64,000 bases of DNA, from assembly GCA_031291255.1 (NCBI GenBank), contig JARLJN010000071.1, forward strand, positions 7,625-71,624, read 5' to 3'. Shown here in pieces: positions 8,802-19,598 of this stretch; positions within the stretch are counted from its first letter, which is position 1; every line of letters starts with the position of its first letter. Origin of the DNA: Gammaproteobacteria bacterium. Lineage in GTDB: Bacteria > Pseudomonadota > Gammaproteobacteria > DSM-16500. The notes beneath the pieces were generated by a model, which was not told the origin of the DNA, made no database searches, and saw only the letters and a program-made list of their open reading frames with translations. Position numbers and translations under genes: made by a program.

Positions 8802-11168
8802 CTAGGGGTTGCTCCACTTCCAGTTTCTGATTTCCGGCATGTCTTGGCCATGCTGATCAATGTACTGTTTATGCTCTATGAGTTTATCCTTGAGCATTTG
8901 CTTTAGATAAACACCTTTCGTTCCTAACTGTGGTAAGCGATCAACTACATCTTGCACCAGATGAAAACGATCCAAATCATTCTGCACTCTCAAGTCAAAA
9001 GACGTCGTGATCGTACCTTCTTCTTTGTAACCTCGAACATGAAGATTGCTATTGGTACGACGATAAGTTAATTGGTGAATCAACCATGGGTATCCATGAA
9101 AGGCAAAAACGATATGCTTATCTTTAGTGAATAGCGAGTCGTAATCTGTGTCGCTCAATCCGTGAGGATGTTCGCTTTTAGACTGCAAGCGCATTAAATC
9201 GACGACATTGATGACTCTGATTTTTAAGTCGGGCAGATGTTCACGCAAAATAGAAACGGCGGCGAGAACCTCAAGCGTAGGCGTGTCGCCACAACAAGCC
9301 ATCACCACATCGGGTTCGGCATCTTGGTCATTGCTAGCCCATTGCCAGATGCCAATTCCTTCTGTGCAATGCACAACTGCAGCATCCATACTTAACCACT
9401 GCGGAAGAGGGTGCTTGCCCGCTATCACCACGTTAACGTAATGTCGACTACGCAAACAATGGTCATAAACCGAAAGCAAACAATTCGCATCAGGTGGTAA
9501 ATAAACGCGGACAATATCGGCCTTCTTATTAATAACGTGATCGATGAACCCAGGATCCTGGTGAGTGAAACCATTGTGATCTTGTTGCCAAACATGAGAA
9601 GCAAGCAAATAGTTTAGTGATGCAATTTTGTGACGCCACGGCAGTTCCAAACATACCTTTAACCATTTGGCATGTTGACTGAACATGGAGTCGACGATGC
9701 GAATGAATGCCTCATAACTGTTAAACAGCCCGTGCCTGCCGGTTAACAAATAGCCTTCTAACCAACCTTCACATTGATGTTCACTGAGCATAGCATCCAG
9801 CACACGGCCAGCAGGTGAAAGAAATTCATCATTACTTTCTTCTTCGGCATCCCATTGACGATTAGTCACTTCAAACACAGCACCCAAAAGATTTGAGAGC
9901 GTTTCATCTGGGCCGAAAATACGGAAATTACGTTGATCCTGATTGAGCATGATAACGTCACGCAGAAACTTTCCCAAAACTCGCGTATCTTGTGCTGTCA
10001 CAGCACCAGGTGCCGGCACATTGACTGCATGCACATGGAAGTCTGGCATGCGCAAGTCACGCAATAGTATACCGCCATTCGTATGAGGATTAGCGCCCAT
10101 ACGGCGATTACCTTTAGGTGCAAGTTCAGCTAACTCTTCTATCAATTGACCACTCTTATCGAACAGCTCTTCTGGCTTATAGCTTTTCATCCAGCTTTCG
10201 AGTTGCTTAAGATGCTGTGGGTGCTCAGCATCCACCAACAATGGCACTTGATGTGATCGAAAAGTTCCTTCCACTTGTAAACCGTCAACGACTTTTGGCC
10301 CCGTCCAGCCTTTTGGTGATTTCAGAACTATCATAGGCCAATGAGGCCTGTTACTTTTTTTATTGCTACGAGCCTTTTTTTGGATTTGCTGAATGTCCTC
10401 GATGACTTTATCCAAAGTAGCAGCCATCATTTCGTGCATGATGTCGTGCTCGTCACCTTCGACAAAATAAGGTGTCCAACCACACCCTTGTAAAAATTGC
10501 TCTAGTTCTTCATGTTCTATGCGAGCCATGAGGGTAGGGTTACTGATTTTATAGCCATTCAAATGCAGTATAGGTAACACAGCACCATCAGTTATGGGAT
10601 TAAGAAATTTATTGGAGTGCCATGCAGTTGCCAGTGGGCCGGTTTCTGCCTCACCATCACCAATAATACAAGCAACAATTAAATCGGGATTATCAAAAAC
10701 AGCACCAAAAGCATGACTGAGTGAATAGCCTAACTCTCCTCCTTCATGAATCGAACCCGGTGTTGTCGGTGCAACATGACTGGAAATCCCACCAGGAAAT
10801 GAGAATTGCTTAAATAATTTTTTTAAGCCGACTGCATCTTGACTGATATCCGGATAAATTTCAGTGTAAGTGCCTTCCAGATAAGTATTAGCCACTAATG
10901 CTGGGCCGCCATGACCTGGTCCCGCAATATAAAACATATCCAAGTCATACTTTTTAATGACACGATTCAAATGCACATAAATAAAGTTCTGACCGGGTGT
11001 CGTACCCCAGTGCCCAACCACTATGGGCTTCACGTCTGACAATTTTAGCGGCTCTTTCAATAAAGGATTGTTGAAAAGATAAATCTGACCTACGGACAGA
11101 TAGTTAGCAGCGCGCCAATAAGCATTAATCTTATGCAGCAGTTCTGGAGTAAGTGTTTTCGTGTCCAT
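8802..11168 (-). CDS. xfp: xylulose-5-phosphate/fructose-6-phosphate phosphoketolase
   Basis: 788 aa. Characteristic N-terminus ([21 protein letters not shown]). Motifs [18 protein letters not shown] and GDGEAETGP (ThDP site). Confidence 0.93.
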   Translation of the reverse strand: MDTKTLTPELLHKINAYWRAANYLSVGQIYLFNNPLLKEPLKLSDVKPIVVGHWGTTPGQNFIYVHLNRVIKKYDLDMFYIAGPGHGGPALVANTYLEGTYTEIYPDISQDAVGLKKLFKQFSFPGGISSHVAPTTPGSIHEGGELGYSLSHAFGAVFDNPDLIVACIIGDGEAETGPLATAWHSNKFLNPITDGAVLPILHLNGYKISNPTLMARIEHEELEQFLQGCGWTPYFVEGDEHDIMHEMMAATLDKVIEDIQQIQKKARSNKKSNRPHWPMIVLKSPKGWTGPKVVDGLQVEGTFRSHQVPLLVDAEHPQHLKQLESWMKSYKPEELFDKSGQLIEELAELAPKGNRRMGANPHTNGGILLRDLRMPDFHVHAVNVPAPGAVTAQDTRVLGKFLRDVIMLNQDQRNFRIFGPDETLSNLLGAVFEVTNRQWDAEEESNDEFLSPAGRVLDAMLSEHQCEGWLEGYLLTGRHGLFNSYEAFIRIVDSMFSQHAKWLKVCLELPWRHKIASLNYLLASHVWQQDHNGFTHQDPGFIDHVINKKADIVRVYLPPDANCLLSVYDHCLRSRHYVNVVIAGKHPLPQWLSMDAAVVHCTEGIGIWQWASNDQDAEPDVVMACCGDTPTLEVLAAVSILREHLPDLKIRVINVVDLMRLQSKSEHPHGLSDTDYDSLFTKDKHIVFAFHGYPWLIHQLTYRRTNSNLHVRGYKEEGTITTSFDLRVQNDLDRFHLVQDVVDRLPQLGTKGVYLKQMLKDKLIEHKQYIDQHGQDMPEIRNWKWSNP

Positions 11169-11190
11169 GGCCGAATTTTTCCTTAGTTAA

Positions 11191-12900
11191 TCATCCTATA
11201 AATTTTTTCAATTGTTCCAGGCCGCCACGCACATCGTTTCCTAAGTGTATGCGTAACACTCTACGCAAACGTTTTGTAAGAACACTAAAATCAGCTTGTG
11301 CTTGCGCAGTAATCACTATGCCAAATGTATAATTATGACTAGGAACTTTAATATCTTCGCTGTGATCAGCCGTAATTTGTAAAAATACACCTGTATTCGG
11401 ACCGCCTTTATAGGCTTGTCCTGTCGAGTGTAAAAATCGCGGACCAAAGCCTAAACAGGTCGCTACTTTTTTAGTATCGCGAATTTGAATTCTAATTTTT
11501 TGCAGTAAATCGGTATGCTCAGCAGACATCTCTATAAATGCTGACAAATCAACATAATCATCTTTTTTTACTCTCTCTAAATGTGCTCGCAAATAGTTTT
11601 TTACGCTAGGCTCACCCACTAGATAGTTAGCAATATCCTTCTGATTTATTTCATCCGTAAAAAGTTGTATGCCATGCTCAGAAAAAAATGGAGTGGGTTG
11701 ATTTAAGTGTCCTGATTTTTCATATTCATTAGTCATTTGCAAACACAGAATTTTACTTTCTTCAACATCAGGTTGATTAAATGCATTGATGCCTAAAACA
11801 CTGCCTGCAACTGCTGTAGCAATTTCCCAACGAAATAATTCAGCACCTAAGTACATCTTATCAGGCAAGCTCAGCCTCACAACCACAAAACCTGATTGTT
11901 CTAATGCAAGTACAGAACGATCTTGTTCTGCATCAGGAGCAGACTCAAGGCGAATATAAACAAATACTCTATCGTTGTCATAAACAGAAGGCACACCTAT
12001 CGCTTCTTGGTCGACTGGGATCAAACCTTTTCCTTCTTTGCCAGTAGACTCAGCAAGTAATTGTTCAAGCCAAGCACCTAAAGAATGAATTTCTGGCGAT
12101 ACAATCAGTGTGACTTTATCTTTACCTTGCTTTGCACAAATACCTAAGACCACACCTAAAACAACACCTGGATTATCTTTTATTAAGACATTAGGTGAGC
12201 ATGCCTCTTGCATTATTTCAGCGTGATTTAAAAATTCTTTTATATCAACACCCATTAATCCTGATGGGACCATTCCAAAATTAGATAAGGCTGAATAACG
12301 ACCACCTATAGCTGGAACACCGTGAAAAATAGCTCTAAATTGATTTTTTTTAGCAATTGTTTCTAATGCAGTACCAGGGTCAGTAATAGCGAGAAAATAA
12401 TTTCCCACTTCTGTTTTATTTAATGCTGACTGCAAACGCGCATAAAAGTAATTTAAAAATATATTCGGTTCTAATGTATTACCAGATTTACTCGAGACAA
12501 TAAAAAATGTTTTTTTCAAATTAATTTGTTCTTCTAAATGAAGAATCTGCAAGGGATCAGTCGAATCGAGTATATGTAAACGTGGATAATTCGCAATTTT
12601 TCCAAATGTTTCAGCCATCATCGCAGGACATAAGCTAGACCCACCCATACCCATCAATACAATATCATTTATACCTTCAGATCTTAATTCATTTGCCAAA
12701 GTAGTTGTGCGAGAGATTTCATTTTTTTCAGCTGCTACGTCTAGCCAACCCATCCAATTGCTTTCATCAGTATGAGTCCATAGCCTTGCATCACGACCCC
12801 ACAAGCTTATTATTTTATTTTCATTTTGCCATATCGTCAGTTCATCTGTGATTGCATCAGCACAATTACCGACTGAGAACTTATCATTTTTGACTTGCAT
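11191..12900 (-). CDS. pgi: glucose-6-phosphate isomerase
   Basis: SIS/PGI motifs GMGGSSL, FIVSSKSGNTLEP and GGRYSALS. The ATG at 12900 (MQVKNDK) follows AAAGGA. The 13-codon upstream extension in the ORF track lies inside an inverted-repeat arm and is probably not translated. Confidence 0.85.
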   Translation of the reverse strand: MQVKNDKFSVGNCADAITDELTIWQNENKIISLWGRDARLWTHTDESNWMGWLDVAAEKNEISRTTTLANELRSEGINDIVLMGMGGSSLCPAMMAETFGKIANYPRLHILDSTDPLQILHLEEQINLKKTFFIVSSKSGNTLEPNIFLNYFYARLQSALNKTEVGNYFLAITDPGTALETIAKKNQFRAIFHGVPAIGGRYSALSNFGMVPSGLMGVDIKEFLNHAEIMQEACSPNVLIKDNPGVVLGVVLGICAKQGKDKVTLIVSPEIHSLGAWLEQLLAESTGKEGKGLIPVDQEAIGVPSVYDNDRVFVYIRLESAPDAEQDRSVLALEQSGFVVVRLSLPDKMYLGAELFRWEIATAVAGSVLGINAFNQPDVEESKILCLQMTNEYEKSGHLNQPTPFFSEHGIQLFTDEINQKDIANYLVGEPSVKNYLRAHLERVKKDDYVDLSAFIEMSAEHTDLLQKIRIQIRDTKKVATCLGFGPRFLHSTGQAYKGGPNTGVFLQITADHSEDIKVPSHNYTFGIVITAQAQADFSVLTKRLRRVLRIHLGNDVRGGLEQLKKFIG

Positions 12901-12921
12901 GATGATTCCTTTAAGGCTAAT

Positions 12922-13007
12922 GGGGTCAAGTGTCAACATACAACACTTCTTAAATGCTGCTGAAAATTTTAGGGTTTAAGAAGTGTTGTATGTTGACACT
13001 TGACCCC
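12922..13007. repeat. 33-bp perfect inverted repeat (20-nt loop) between tal and pgi
   Basis: The left arm, 12922-12954 (ggggtcaagtgtcaacatacaacacttcttaaa), is the exact reverse complement of 12975-13007. It fills most of the tal-pgi intergenic space. Confidence 0.9.
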
Positions 13008-13024
13008 TCGTTCTATTCTTTTCG

Positions 13025-14146
13025 TCATTCTTTGACAATAATTTTTTTCAACGTTTCTATGAGCTGATCATAGGACTCGATAAATTTATCAACACCTTCA
13101 TTCTCTAGTTGTTGAGTTACATTATCTATGTTGATATCCAGCTCTGGCAATTGTTTAAAAAACTGAGACGCTTTATCAGTCTCTAACTCAAGACTAAGTT
13201 TAGGATCTCCATGATCACGATAAGCCTCTATGGTCTCAAGTGGAAGTGTATTGACAGTCAGAGGTCCGATTAACGCTTCTACGTATTTTATATCACTATA
13301 CTTTGGATTTTTAGTGCTAGTACTCGCCCACAGTAGTCGTTGTACATGAGCACCTTTTTCAGTGAGCGACATAAAACTTTTGCTATTAAATAGTTCATCA
13401 TAAATCTGATAAGCTAATTTTGCAGAAGCAATTGCAATTTGACCTTCTATTTGTTTAGCAAGTGTTCCTCTTGCAGAATTTTCAACACTGTATTTTTCGA
13501 ATAGGGGATCTAGCAATACATCTATACGACTCAGGAAAAAACTAGCGACTGACGCTATTTGATTTACTGGCTTGCCTTCTGCAATACGTGCTTTGATTCC
13601 AGCAATATAGGCTAGTGCCACTTCACGATAACGAGACAATCCAAACAACAACGTAACATTAACGTTTATGCCTTCACTGATAAGTTGTTGTATTGCTGGC
13701 AATCCTTCTTTTGTTGCAGGAACTTTTATTAAAACATTCGGACGGTCAAGCGCTTTCCACAAGCGGCGAGCTTCTGCTATCGTACCTTCAGTGTCATGAG
13801 CAAGATGCGGATTCACTTCTAAACTGACAAAACCATCTTGTCCATTCGTTTTATTGTATACATCACGAAATTCATCTGCTGCATTCAGTACATCTTTTTG
13901 TGTGAGTGCTTCATAAATTTCTACTACATTTTTTCCTTCATGAGACATTTTTTTTATGTCTTGGTTATAATCTTGACTTTTAGAAATGGCTTTTTCAAAA
14001 ATAGTTGGGTTTGAAGTCATTCCACGCAAACTATCTTCAGAAATTAATTTTTTAAGTTTTCCACTCGCAAATAAATCCCTACTGATATAATCAAGCCAAA
14101 TAGATTGGCCTAGTGCTTCTAATCTGTTTAAGGGATTTGTTTTCAT
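13025..14146 (-). CDS. tal: transaldolase (long, actinobacterial/cyanobacterial-type)
   Basis: Motifs GQSIWLDYISRD, GMTSNPTIFEKA and VLIKVPATKEG (Schiff-base Lys context). Confidence 0.92.
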   Translation of the reverse strand: MKTNPLNRLEALGQSIWLDYISRDLFASGKLKKLISEDSLRGMTSNPTIFEKAISKSQDYNQDIKKMSHEGKNVVEIYEALTQKDVLNAADEFRDVYNKTNGQDGFVSLEVNPHLAHDTEGTIAEARRLWKALDRPNVLIKVPATKEGLPAIQQLISEGINVNVTLLFGLSRYREVALAYIAGIKARIAEGKPVNQIASVASFFLSRIDVLLDPLFEKYSVENSARGTLAKQIEGQIAIASAKLAYQIYDELFNSKSFMSLTEKGAHVQRLLWASTSTKNPKYSDIKYVEALIGPLTVNTLPLETIEAYRDHGDPKLSLELETDKASQFFKQLPELDINIDNVTQQLENEGVDKFIESYDQLIETLKKIIVKE

Positions 14147-14164
14147 TTAACAGTCTCCAAAATA

Positions 14165-16237
14165 TTATTTTTTAATTTTTTTTATGAGCGCCAATGCTCG
14201 TTTACAAACGTTTTCTACAGTAAACCCATATTTTTGCATGACTATAGGGCCTGGTGCTGAAGCACCGAAATCTTCAACACTAATCATATCGCCATTATCT
14301 CCAACATAACGTTCCCAACCCTGTGAAACACCTGCTTCAATAGATAGTCTTGCCTTAACTGATGGAGGTAATACCGAATCACGATATTTTTGTGATTGAG
14401 CTTCAAATAATTCCCAGCTAGGCATAGAAACAATACGCACTGATATTTTTTTTGCGTGTAGTTTTTGTTTTGCAGCAACAATCAAACTCACTTCAGAACC
14501 TGTCGCAATTAATATAATGTCAGGTTTACCTTTGGGTGCATCAGATAAAATATATGCTCCCTGACTTAGACCTTTAGCTGATGCAAATTCATTTCTATCT
14601 AATGTTGGAACTTTTTGTCGAGTTAAAATAAGTGCTACTGGATTATGTCTTTCTTCAATTGCTATTTTCCAAGCCACAGCAGTTTCATTTGCATCTGCTG
14701 GTCGTATCACAATTAAATTAGGGATAGCGCGCAAACTTGCAAGTTGCTCTACGGGTTGATGTGTAGGACCGTCTTCGCCTAGCGCAATACTATCATGGGT
14801 AAAAACATATATAACTTGCAGCTTCATGAGTGCCGCAAGACGAATAGGAGGACGCATGTAATCTGAAAAAACTAAAAATGTCGCTGCAAAAGGAATGATC
14901 CCGCCAACAGTTGCCAAGCCATTTGATATGGCACCCATTGCATGCTCTCTAATACCATAAAATATATTACGACCCGCATAATTCCAACCACCGTCTACGG
15001 ATCCTTGCAAATCTCCTGCCGCTCTTTTTGGGCTTTCGAAATTACCAAAATTAATCAGTGCTGTTTTTGTTGATGTATTTAAGTCTGCTGAACCGCCAAT
15101 AAAACCTGGCAAACTAGGATTAATGGCTTGCATCACTTTTTCTGATGCATCACGCGTAGCAATTCCTTTTGCATCGGTTGAAAAAATAGGAATATTTTCA
15201 TCCCAATCTTTTTGTAATTCACCTTTCATGAGTTGACGGAATTCTTTAGCAAGTTTTGGATATTTTTTTGCATAAGCGTTTACTGTTGCATGCCATTTTT
15301 TTTCTTCTTGATTGCCACGTGTGATTGCTTTGCGAAAAAAATCCCCGACCTTAGGCGGAATATAAAAAGTAGGTTTTTCAGGCCAATCTAAATTTTGTTT
15401 TGTCAGCTTAACTTCTTCTTCTCCAAGGGGCGAGCCATGTGCTTCAAACGTATTTTGTTTATGAGGAGAGCCATAGCCAATAATTGTTTTTACCAAAATT
15501 AGTGAAGGTTTATTGGTTACGCGACGTGCAGTTTCAATTGCTGTTTCGATTGCTCCAAGATTATTGCCATCATCTACAACTTGTGTATGCCAACCATATG
15601 CATCAAAACGTTTTTTTCTATCTTCAGTGAAAGAAAGATGTGTTGAAGCAGAAAGTGTAATGTGATTATTATCGTAAAAATAAATTAATTTTCCTAATTG
15701 CAAATGACCCGCAAGTGATGCGGCTTCTGATGCAACGCCTTCCATTAAATCACCATCACTGACGATTCCATAAGTATAGTGATCAATAATATTAAAGCCG
15801 GGGTGATTATAACGAGCTGCAAGATAGGCTTCTGCAATAGCCATGCCAACACCATTCGCAAATCCTTGTCCTAATGGTCCCGTTGTTGTTTCAACACCTG
15901 GTGTCAGTTCACTTTCAGGATGACCTGGCGTAATACTTCCCCATTGACGAAATTGTTTAACTTGTGCCATGGGAATTGCATAACCCGTTAAGTGCAACAA
16001 ACTATATAACAACATTGATCCATGTCCTGCTGAAAGAACAAAGCGATCACGGTCATACCATTTAGGATTTTTGGGATTATGTTTTAAAAATCGAGTCCAC
16101 AACAGGTAAGCCATGGGTGCAGCACCCAATGGTAACCCTGGGTGACCACTATCTGCTTTTTGAATCGCATCAATAGATAACATGCGTATGGTATTCACAC
16201 ACAGTTCATCTAATGATTTTTTTTTAAATTGTTTCAT
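14165..16237 (-). CDS. tkt: transketolase
   Basis: Motifs [35 protein letters not shown] and [16 protein letters not shown]. The ATGA start/stop overlaps gnd. Confidence 0.95.
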   Translation of the reverse strand: MKQFKKKSLDELCVNTIRMLSIDAIQKADSGHPGLPLGAAPMAYLLWTRFLKHNPKNPKWYDRDRFVLSAGHGSMLLYSLLHLTGYAIPMAQVKQFRQWGSITPGHPESELTPGVETTTGPLGQGFANGVGMAIAEAYLAARYNHPGFNIIDHYTYGIVSDGDLMEGVASEAASLAGHLQLGKLIYFYDNNHITLSASTHLSFTEDRKKRFDAYGWHTQVVDDGNNLGAIETAIETARRVTNKPSLILVKTIIGYGSPHKQNTFEAHGSPLGEEEVKLTKQNLDWPEKPTFYIPPKVGDFFRKAITRGNQEEKKWHATVNAYAKKYPKLAKEFRQLMKGELQKDWDENIPIFSTDAKGIATRDASEKVMQAINPSLPGFIGGSADLNTSTKTALINFGNFESPKRAAGDLQGSVDGGWNYAGRNIFYGIREHAMGAISNGLATVGGIIPFAATFLVFSDYMRPPIRLAALMKLQVIYVFTHDSIALGEDGPTHQPVEQLASLRAIPNLIVIRPADANETAVAWKIAIEERHNPVALILTRQKVPTLDRNEFASAKGLSQGAYILSDAPKGKPDIILIATGSEVSLIVAAKQKLHAKKISVRIVSMPSWELFEAQSQKYRDSVLPPSVKARLSIEAGVSQGWERYVGDNGDMISVEDFGASAPGPIVMQKYGFTVENVCKRALALIKKIKK

Positions 16238-17670
16238 GAAGGTTTATCCTTTTCCCATTCAGTATGAAACGAACCTTGAGCATCAATCCGTTCATATGTG
16301 TGTGCACCGAAATAATCGCGTTGAGCTTGTATGAGATTTGCGGGCAACCAAATACTGCGATACGCATCAAGATAAGCGAGTGTAACCATCAGTGTTGGAA
16401 TAGGCACACCCAATGTACTTGCTTGTGATATGACTAGACGTAAATCTTCTTGCTGCGCCATGATGGTCTGTGAAAAATTTTTAGCTAGCAATAAATTCGG
16501 TAACGTATTATTTAAACGAAAAGCATCCATGATCTCTTCCAATAATTTTGCACGTATAATACAACCACCTCTCCAAATACGTGCTACCGCTTCAAGATCA
16601 AGATGATAATGATAGTGATCAGATGCAACTGCTAACAACGCCATCCCTTGCGCATAGACTGCTATCATCCCAATATAAAGTGCACTTTTTAATTGATTTA
16701 AAAAAACAGCGTGATCCACTTTTAAAAATGGTATGGGTCTAACATACAAGTCACTTGCTTGCTTACGTTCTTTTACAAGTACCGATAAGTCACGCATAGA
16801 AACTGCTAAATCGATAATAGGAACGGGAACTTGCAATTCCATCGCACTTTGCGAAGTCCACATACCAGTCCCATTTTGTTTAGCTACACTTGAAATTTCA
16901 TCTATCAACTTCTTACTTGTTTTTTCGTCATTCTTACTAAAAATGTGACTGGTAATTTCTATGAGATAACTATTGAGTGCAGAGTCGTTCCACGATTGAT
17001 AGACATCATGCAATTGATCATCGCTCAACCCTAATCCTCGTTTCATCAAATCATACGTTTCGGCAATCAGCTGCATAATGCCGTACTCAATTCCGTTATG
17101 AACCATTTTTACATAATGCCCTACTGATCCTGCACCGAGATACGTCACACAGTGATCACCATTTACGTTTGCGGAAACTGCTTCCAAAATGAGGCGCACA
17201 CGTTCATAAGCTTCTTTAGAACCACCTGGCATAATGCTAGGCCCATGTCGTGCACCTTCTTCGCCGCCAGACACGCCAACACCTAAAAATAAAATTCCTT
17301 TTTCTTGCAAACGTTGCTCGCGATTATTGGTATCGATAAAGTGAGAATTACCTGCATCAATAATAAGATCGCCGGATTGTAAATGAGGTATTAGTTCGTT
17401 AATCACTATGTCAACAGGTTTACCTGCAGGGATTAGCAACATAATTGCACGCGGTGTTCGAAGTAATTTTATGAATTCTTTTACAGTTGTAGCGCCATAG
17501 ACTTGCTGTTCTTTCGCTTCCTTGAGCAGGCTATCAACTTTGTCTTTATCCTTATCATATCCTGCTACGACAAAACCATGATCAGCCATATTCAACAACA
17601 AATTTTGTCCCATGATGCCCAAACCAACCATACCTATTTCACATCGTGTTTTAGTATTATGAGATGTCAT
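16234..17670 (-). CDS. gnd: 6-phosphogluconate dehydrogenase (decarboxylating)
   Basis: NADP fold [13 protein letters not shown]. Motifs [16 protein letters not shown] and [13 protein letters not shown]. The ATG at 17670 follows GGAGAG. An alternative ATG lies at 17682. Confidence 0.92.
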   Translation of the reverse strand: MTSHNTKTRCEIGMVGLGIMGQNLLLNMADHGFVVAGYDKDKDKVDSLLKEAKEQQVYGATTVKEFIKLLRTPRAIMLLIPAGKPVDIVINELIPHLQSGDLIIDAGNSHFIDTNNREQRLQEKGILFLGVGVSGGEEGARHGPSIMPGGSKEAYERVRLILEAVSANVNGDHCVTYLGAGSVGHYVKMVHNGIEYGIMQLIAETYDLMKRGLGLSDDQLHDVYQSWNDSALNSYLIEITSHIFSKNDEKTSKKLIDEISSVAKQNGTGMWTSQSAMELQVPVPIIDLAVSMRDLSVLVKERKQASDLYVRPIPFLKVDHAVFLNQLKSALYIGMIAVYAQGMALLAVASDHYHYHLDLEAVARIWRGGCIIRAKLLEEIMDAFRLNNTLPNLLLAKNFSQTIMAQQEDLRLVISQASTLGVPIPTLMVTLAYLDAYRSIWLPANLIQAQRDYFGAHTYERIDAQGSFHTEWEKDKPS

Positions 17671-19336
17671 TGATCTCTCCATTTGAGGCAGATTCTAAAG
17701 CGGTATTCACTATAGTTTGTGCCTCTTCTAATATTTGATGCAAGTGATGCTCATCATGAAAACTTTCGGCGTAAATTTTATAAACTTCTTCAGTGCCTGA
17801 AGGACGCGCAACAAACCATCCGCCTTTTGTTATCACTTTTAAACCATCAATGGGAGCATTATTTCCAGGTGCTTTAGTAAGAATCGTTTCTATCTTTTCT
17901 CCTGCTAAATCGGTAGATTTAACTTGTTGTGATGAAAGGTTTTTCAAAATTTCTTTTTGTGTCAATGTGGCTTTTGCATCATCACGTTCATAAAATGTTT
18001 TTTCAAATTCATTTTCTAAATCATGATAAATGTCACCAATATCTCGCCCCCTAGAAGCAGTGATTTCCGCTGAGAGTAACGCTAACACTATACCGTCCTT
18101 ATCTGTTGTCCACACACTGCCATCTAAACGACTCAATGATGCGCCTGCACTTTCTTCACCACAAAATGCGAGAGAACCATCAAGCAAGCCTTCCACAAAC
18201 CACTTAAATCCAACAGGAACTTCATAGAGCTTACGACCTAGTCTTGCTGTGACCCAATTTATCATTTGACTACTCACTATTGTTTTTCCAACAGAGGTTG
18301 ATTTAGACCACTTTTGCCTATGCTGAAAAAGATAATCAATGGCGACAGAAAGATAATGATTGGGTGGCAAGAGACCAGCGTTTTTTGTGACTATGCCATG
18401 TCTATCATGATCAGTGTCACAAGCAAATGCGATATCAAATTGATTTTTTAATGCGACTAATTTTGCCATAGCATAAGGTGATGAAGGATCCATGCGAATT
18501 TGGCCATCCCAGTCCACGGTCATGAAGCCAAAGGTTGGATCAACCACATTATTCACAACTGTCAGATCCAAGCCATAACGTTCGGCTATGGGCTCCCAAT
18601 AATGAACGCCGGCGCCACCTAAAGGATCAACGCCTAAATGAATATTTGCCTGTCGAATAACATTCATATCAATCACATAGCCTAGATCATTGATATAGGT
18701 GTTGAGAAAATCATAAGTATGCGTTGTGGCGGCATGAAGAGCTCGCTCAAAAAGAATTCTTTTTACCCCTTTTAGCTTATTTTCGAGAAACTCATTCGCT
18801 TTTTTCTCAATCCAGTCAGTGACTGCAGAATCCGCAGGACCACCTGTGGGGGGATTATATTTGAAACCGCCATCATGAGGTGGATTGTGCGATGGGGTAA
18901 TGACTATTCCATCTGCAAACCCATCTGTACGATCTCGATTGTAAGCAAGAATAGCGTGAGATATAGCAGGTGTTGGAGTATATTCTCCACGCTCAGCAAT
19001 CATCACTTCTACATCATTTGCTGCTAAGACTTCAAGTGCACTCGCAAAAGCGGGTATAGAAAGCGCGTGTGTATCAATACCCAAATATAATGGACCATTA
19101 ATTTTTTGCTGCGTTCGATACAAACAAATTGCCTGACTTATTGCAAGAATGTGCCATTCATTAAACGTTTTATCAAATGCTGAGCCTCTGTGTCCAGACG
19201 TACCAAACAAAACGCGTTGTTGTGTGATAGTTGGATCAGGCATTTCGGAATAATAAGCTGTGATAAGCTTAGGGACATCAACTAACATCGCAGGCTGAGC
19301 GGGTTTTCCAGCAAAAGGACTGACTATCCTTGTCAT
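17657..19336 (-). CDS. pgm: phosphoglucomutase (alpha-D-glucose-phosphate specific)
   Basis: Phosphoserine loop ITPSHNPPHDGGFK. Metal loop FACDTDHDRHG. Sugar loop CGEESAG. Confidence 0.92.
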   Translation of the reverse strand: MTRIVSPFAGKPAQPAMLVDVPKLITAYYSEMPDPTITQQRVLFGTSGHRGSAFDKTFNEWHILAISQAICLYRTQQKINGPLYLGIDTHALSIPAFASALEVLAANDVEVMIAERGEYTPTPAISHAILAYNRDRTDGFADGIVITPSHNPPHDGGFKYNPPTGGPADSAVTDWIEKKANEFLENKLKGVKRILFERALHAATTHTYDFLNTYINDLGYVIDMNVIRQANIHLGVDPLGGAGVHYWEPIAERYGLDLTVVNNVVDPTFGFMTVDWDGQIRMDPSSPYAMAKLVALKNQFDIAFACDTDHDRHGIVTKNAGLLPPNHYLSVAIDYLFQHRQKWSKSTSVGKTIVSSQMINWVTARLGRKLYEVPVGFKWFVEGLLDGSLAFCGEESAGASLSRLDGSVWTTDKDGIVLALLSAEITASRGRDIGDIYHDLENEFEKTFYERDDAKATLTQKEILKNLSSQQVKSTDLAGEKIETILTKAPGNNAPIDGLKVITKGGWFVARPSGTEEVYKIYAESFHDEHHLHQILEEAQTIVNTALESASNGEINDIS

Positions 19337-19542
19337 AAACTTTTACTCATTCATTTGTTCCTCAGCTAATACATTAAATACTTGCGCTAAGACTTTGTAG
19401 AATTGAGCTTTTTTATTTTTAATCAGCTATAGAAATTTATTTCCATCATTTTCGAGCATACCTGATTTACTTTAACATGGAATAGGGTTGTTGTGGCGAA
19501 ATTCGAGATCGAGTATTCATCTCTGCAAAATAAATAGGCCTC

Positions 19543-19551
19543 TGGTATAAT
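19543..19551 (+). promoter_or_regulatory. candidate extended -10 promoter element (TGgTATAAT) for zwf-pgl
   Basis: Perfect TGnTATAAT at 19543-19551, about 48 nt upstream of the zwf ATG. It lies in the 262-bp divergent intergenic region. The -35 is poor (ctgcaa). It is followed by a TGTTACA...TGTTACA direct repeat. Confidence 0.35.
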
Positions 19552-19598
19552 GTTACAATGATAGCTTCGTGTTTGTTACACAATGAAAATGGAGATTC

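Noticed and set aside
12901-12939. N-terminal extension of pgi (MLTLDPISLKGII) given in the ORF track.
   Set aside because: From codon 6 upstream, including its ATG, it is encoded by one arm of the 33-bp perfect inverted repeat. The internal ATG at 12900 has a proper AAAGGA RBS and gives a normal PGI N-terminus.
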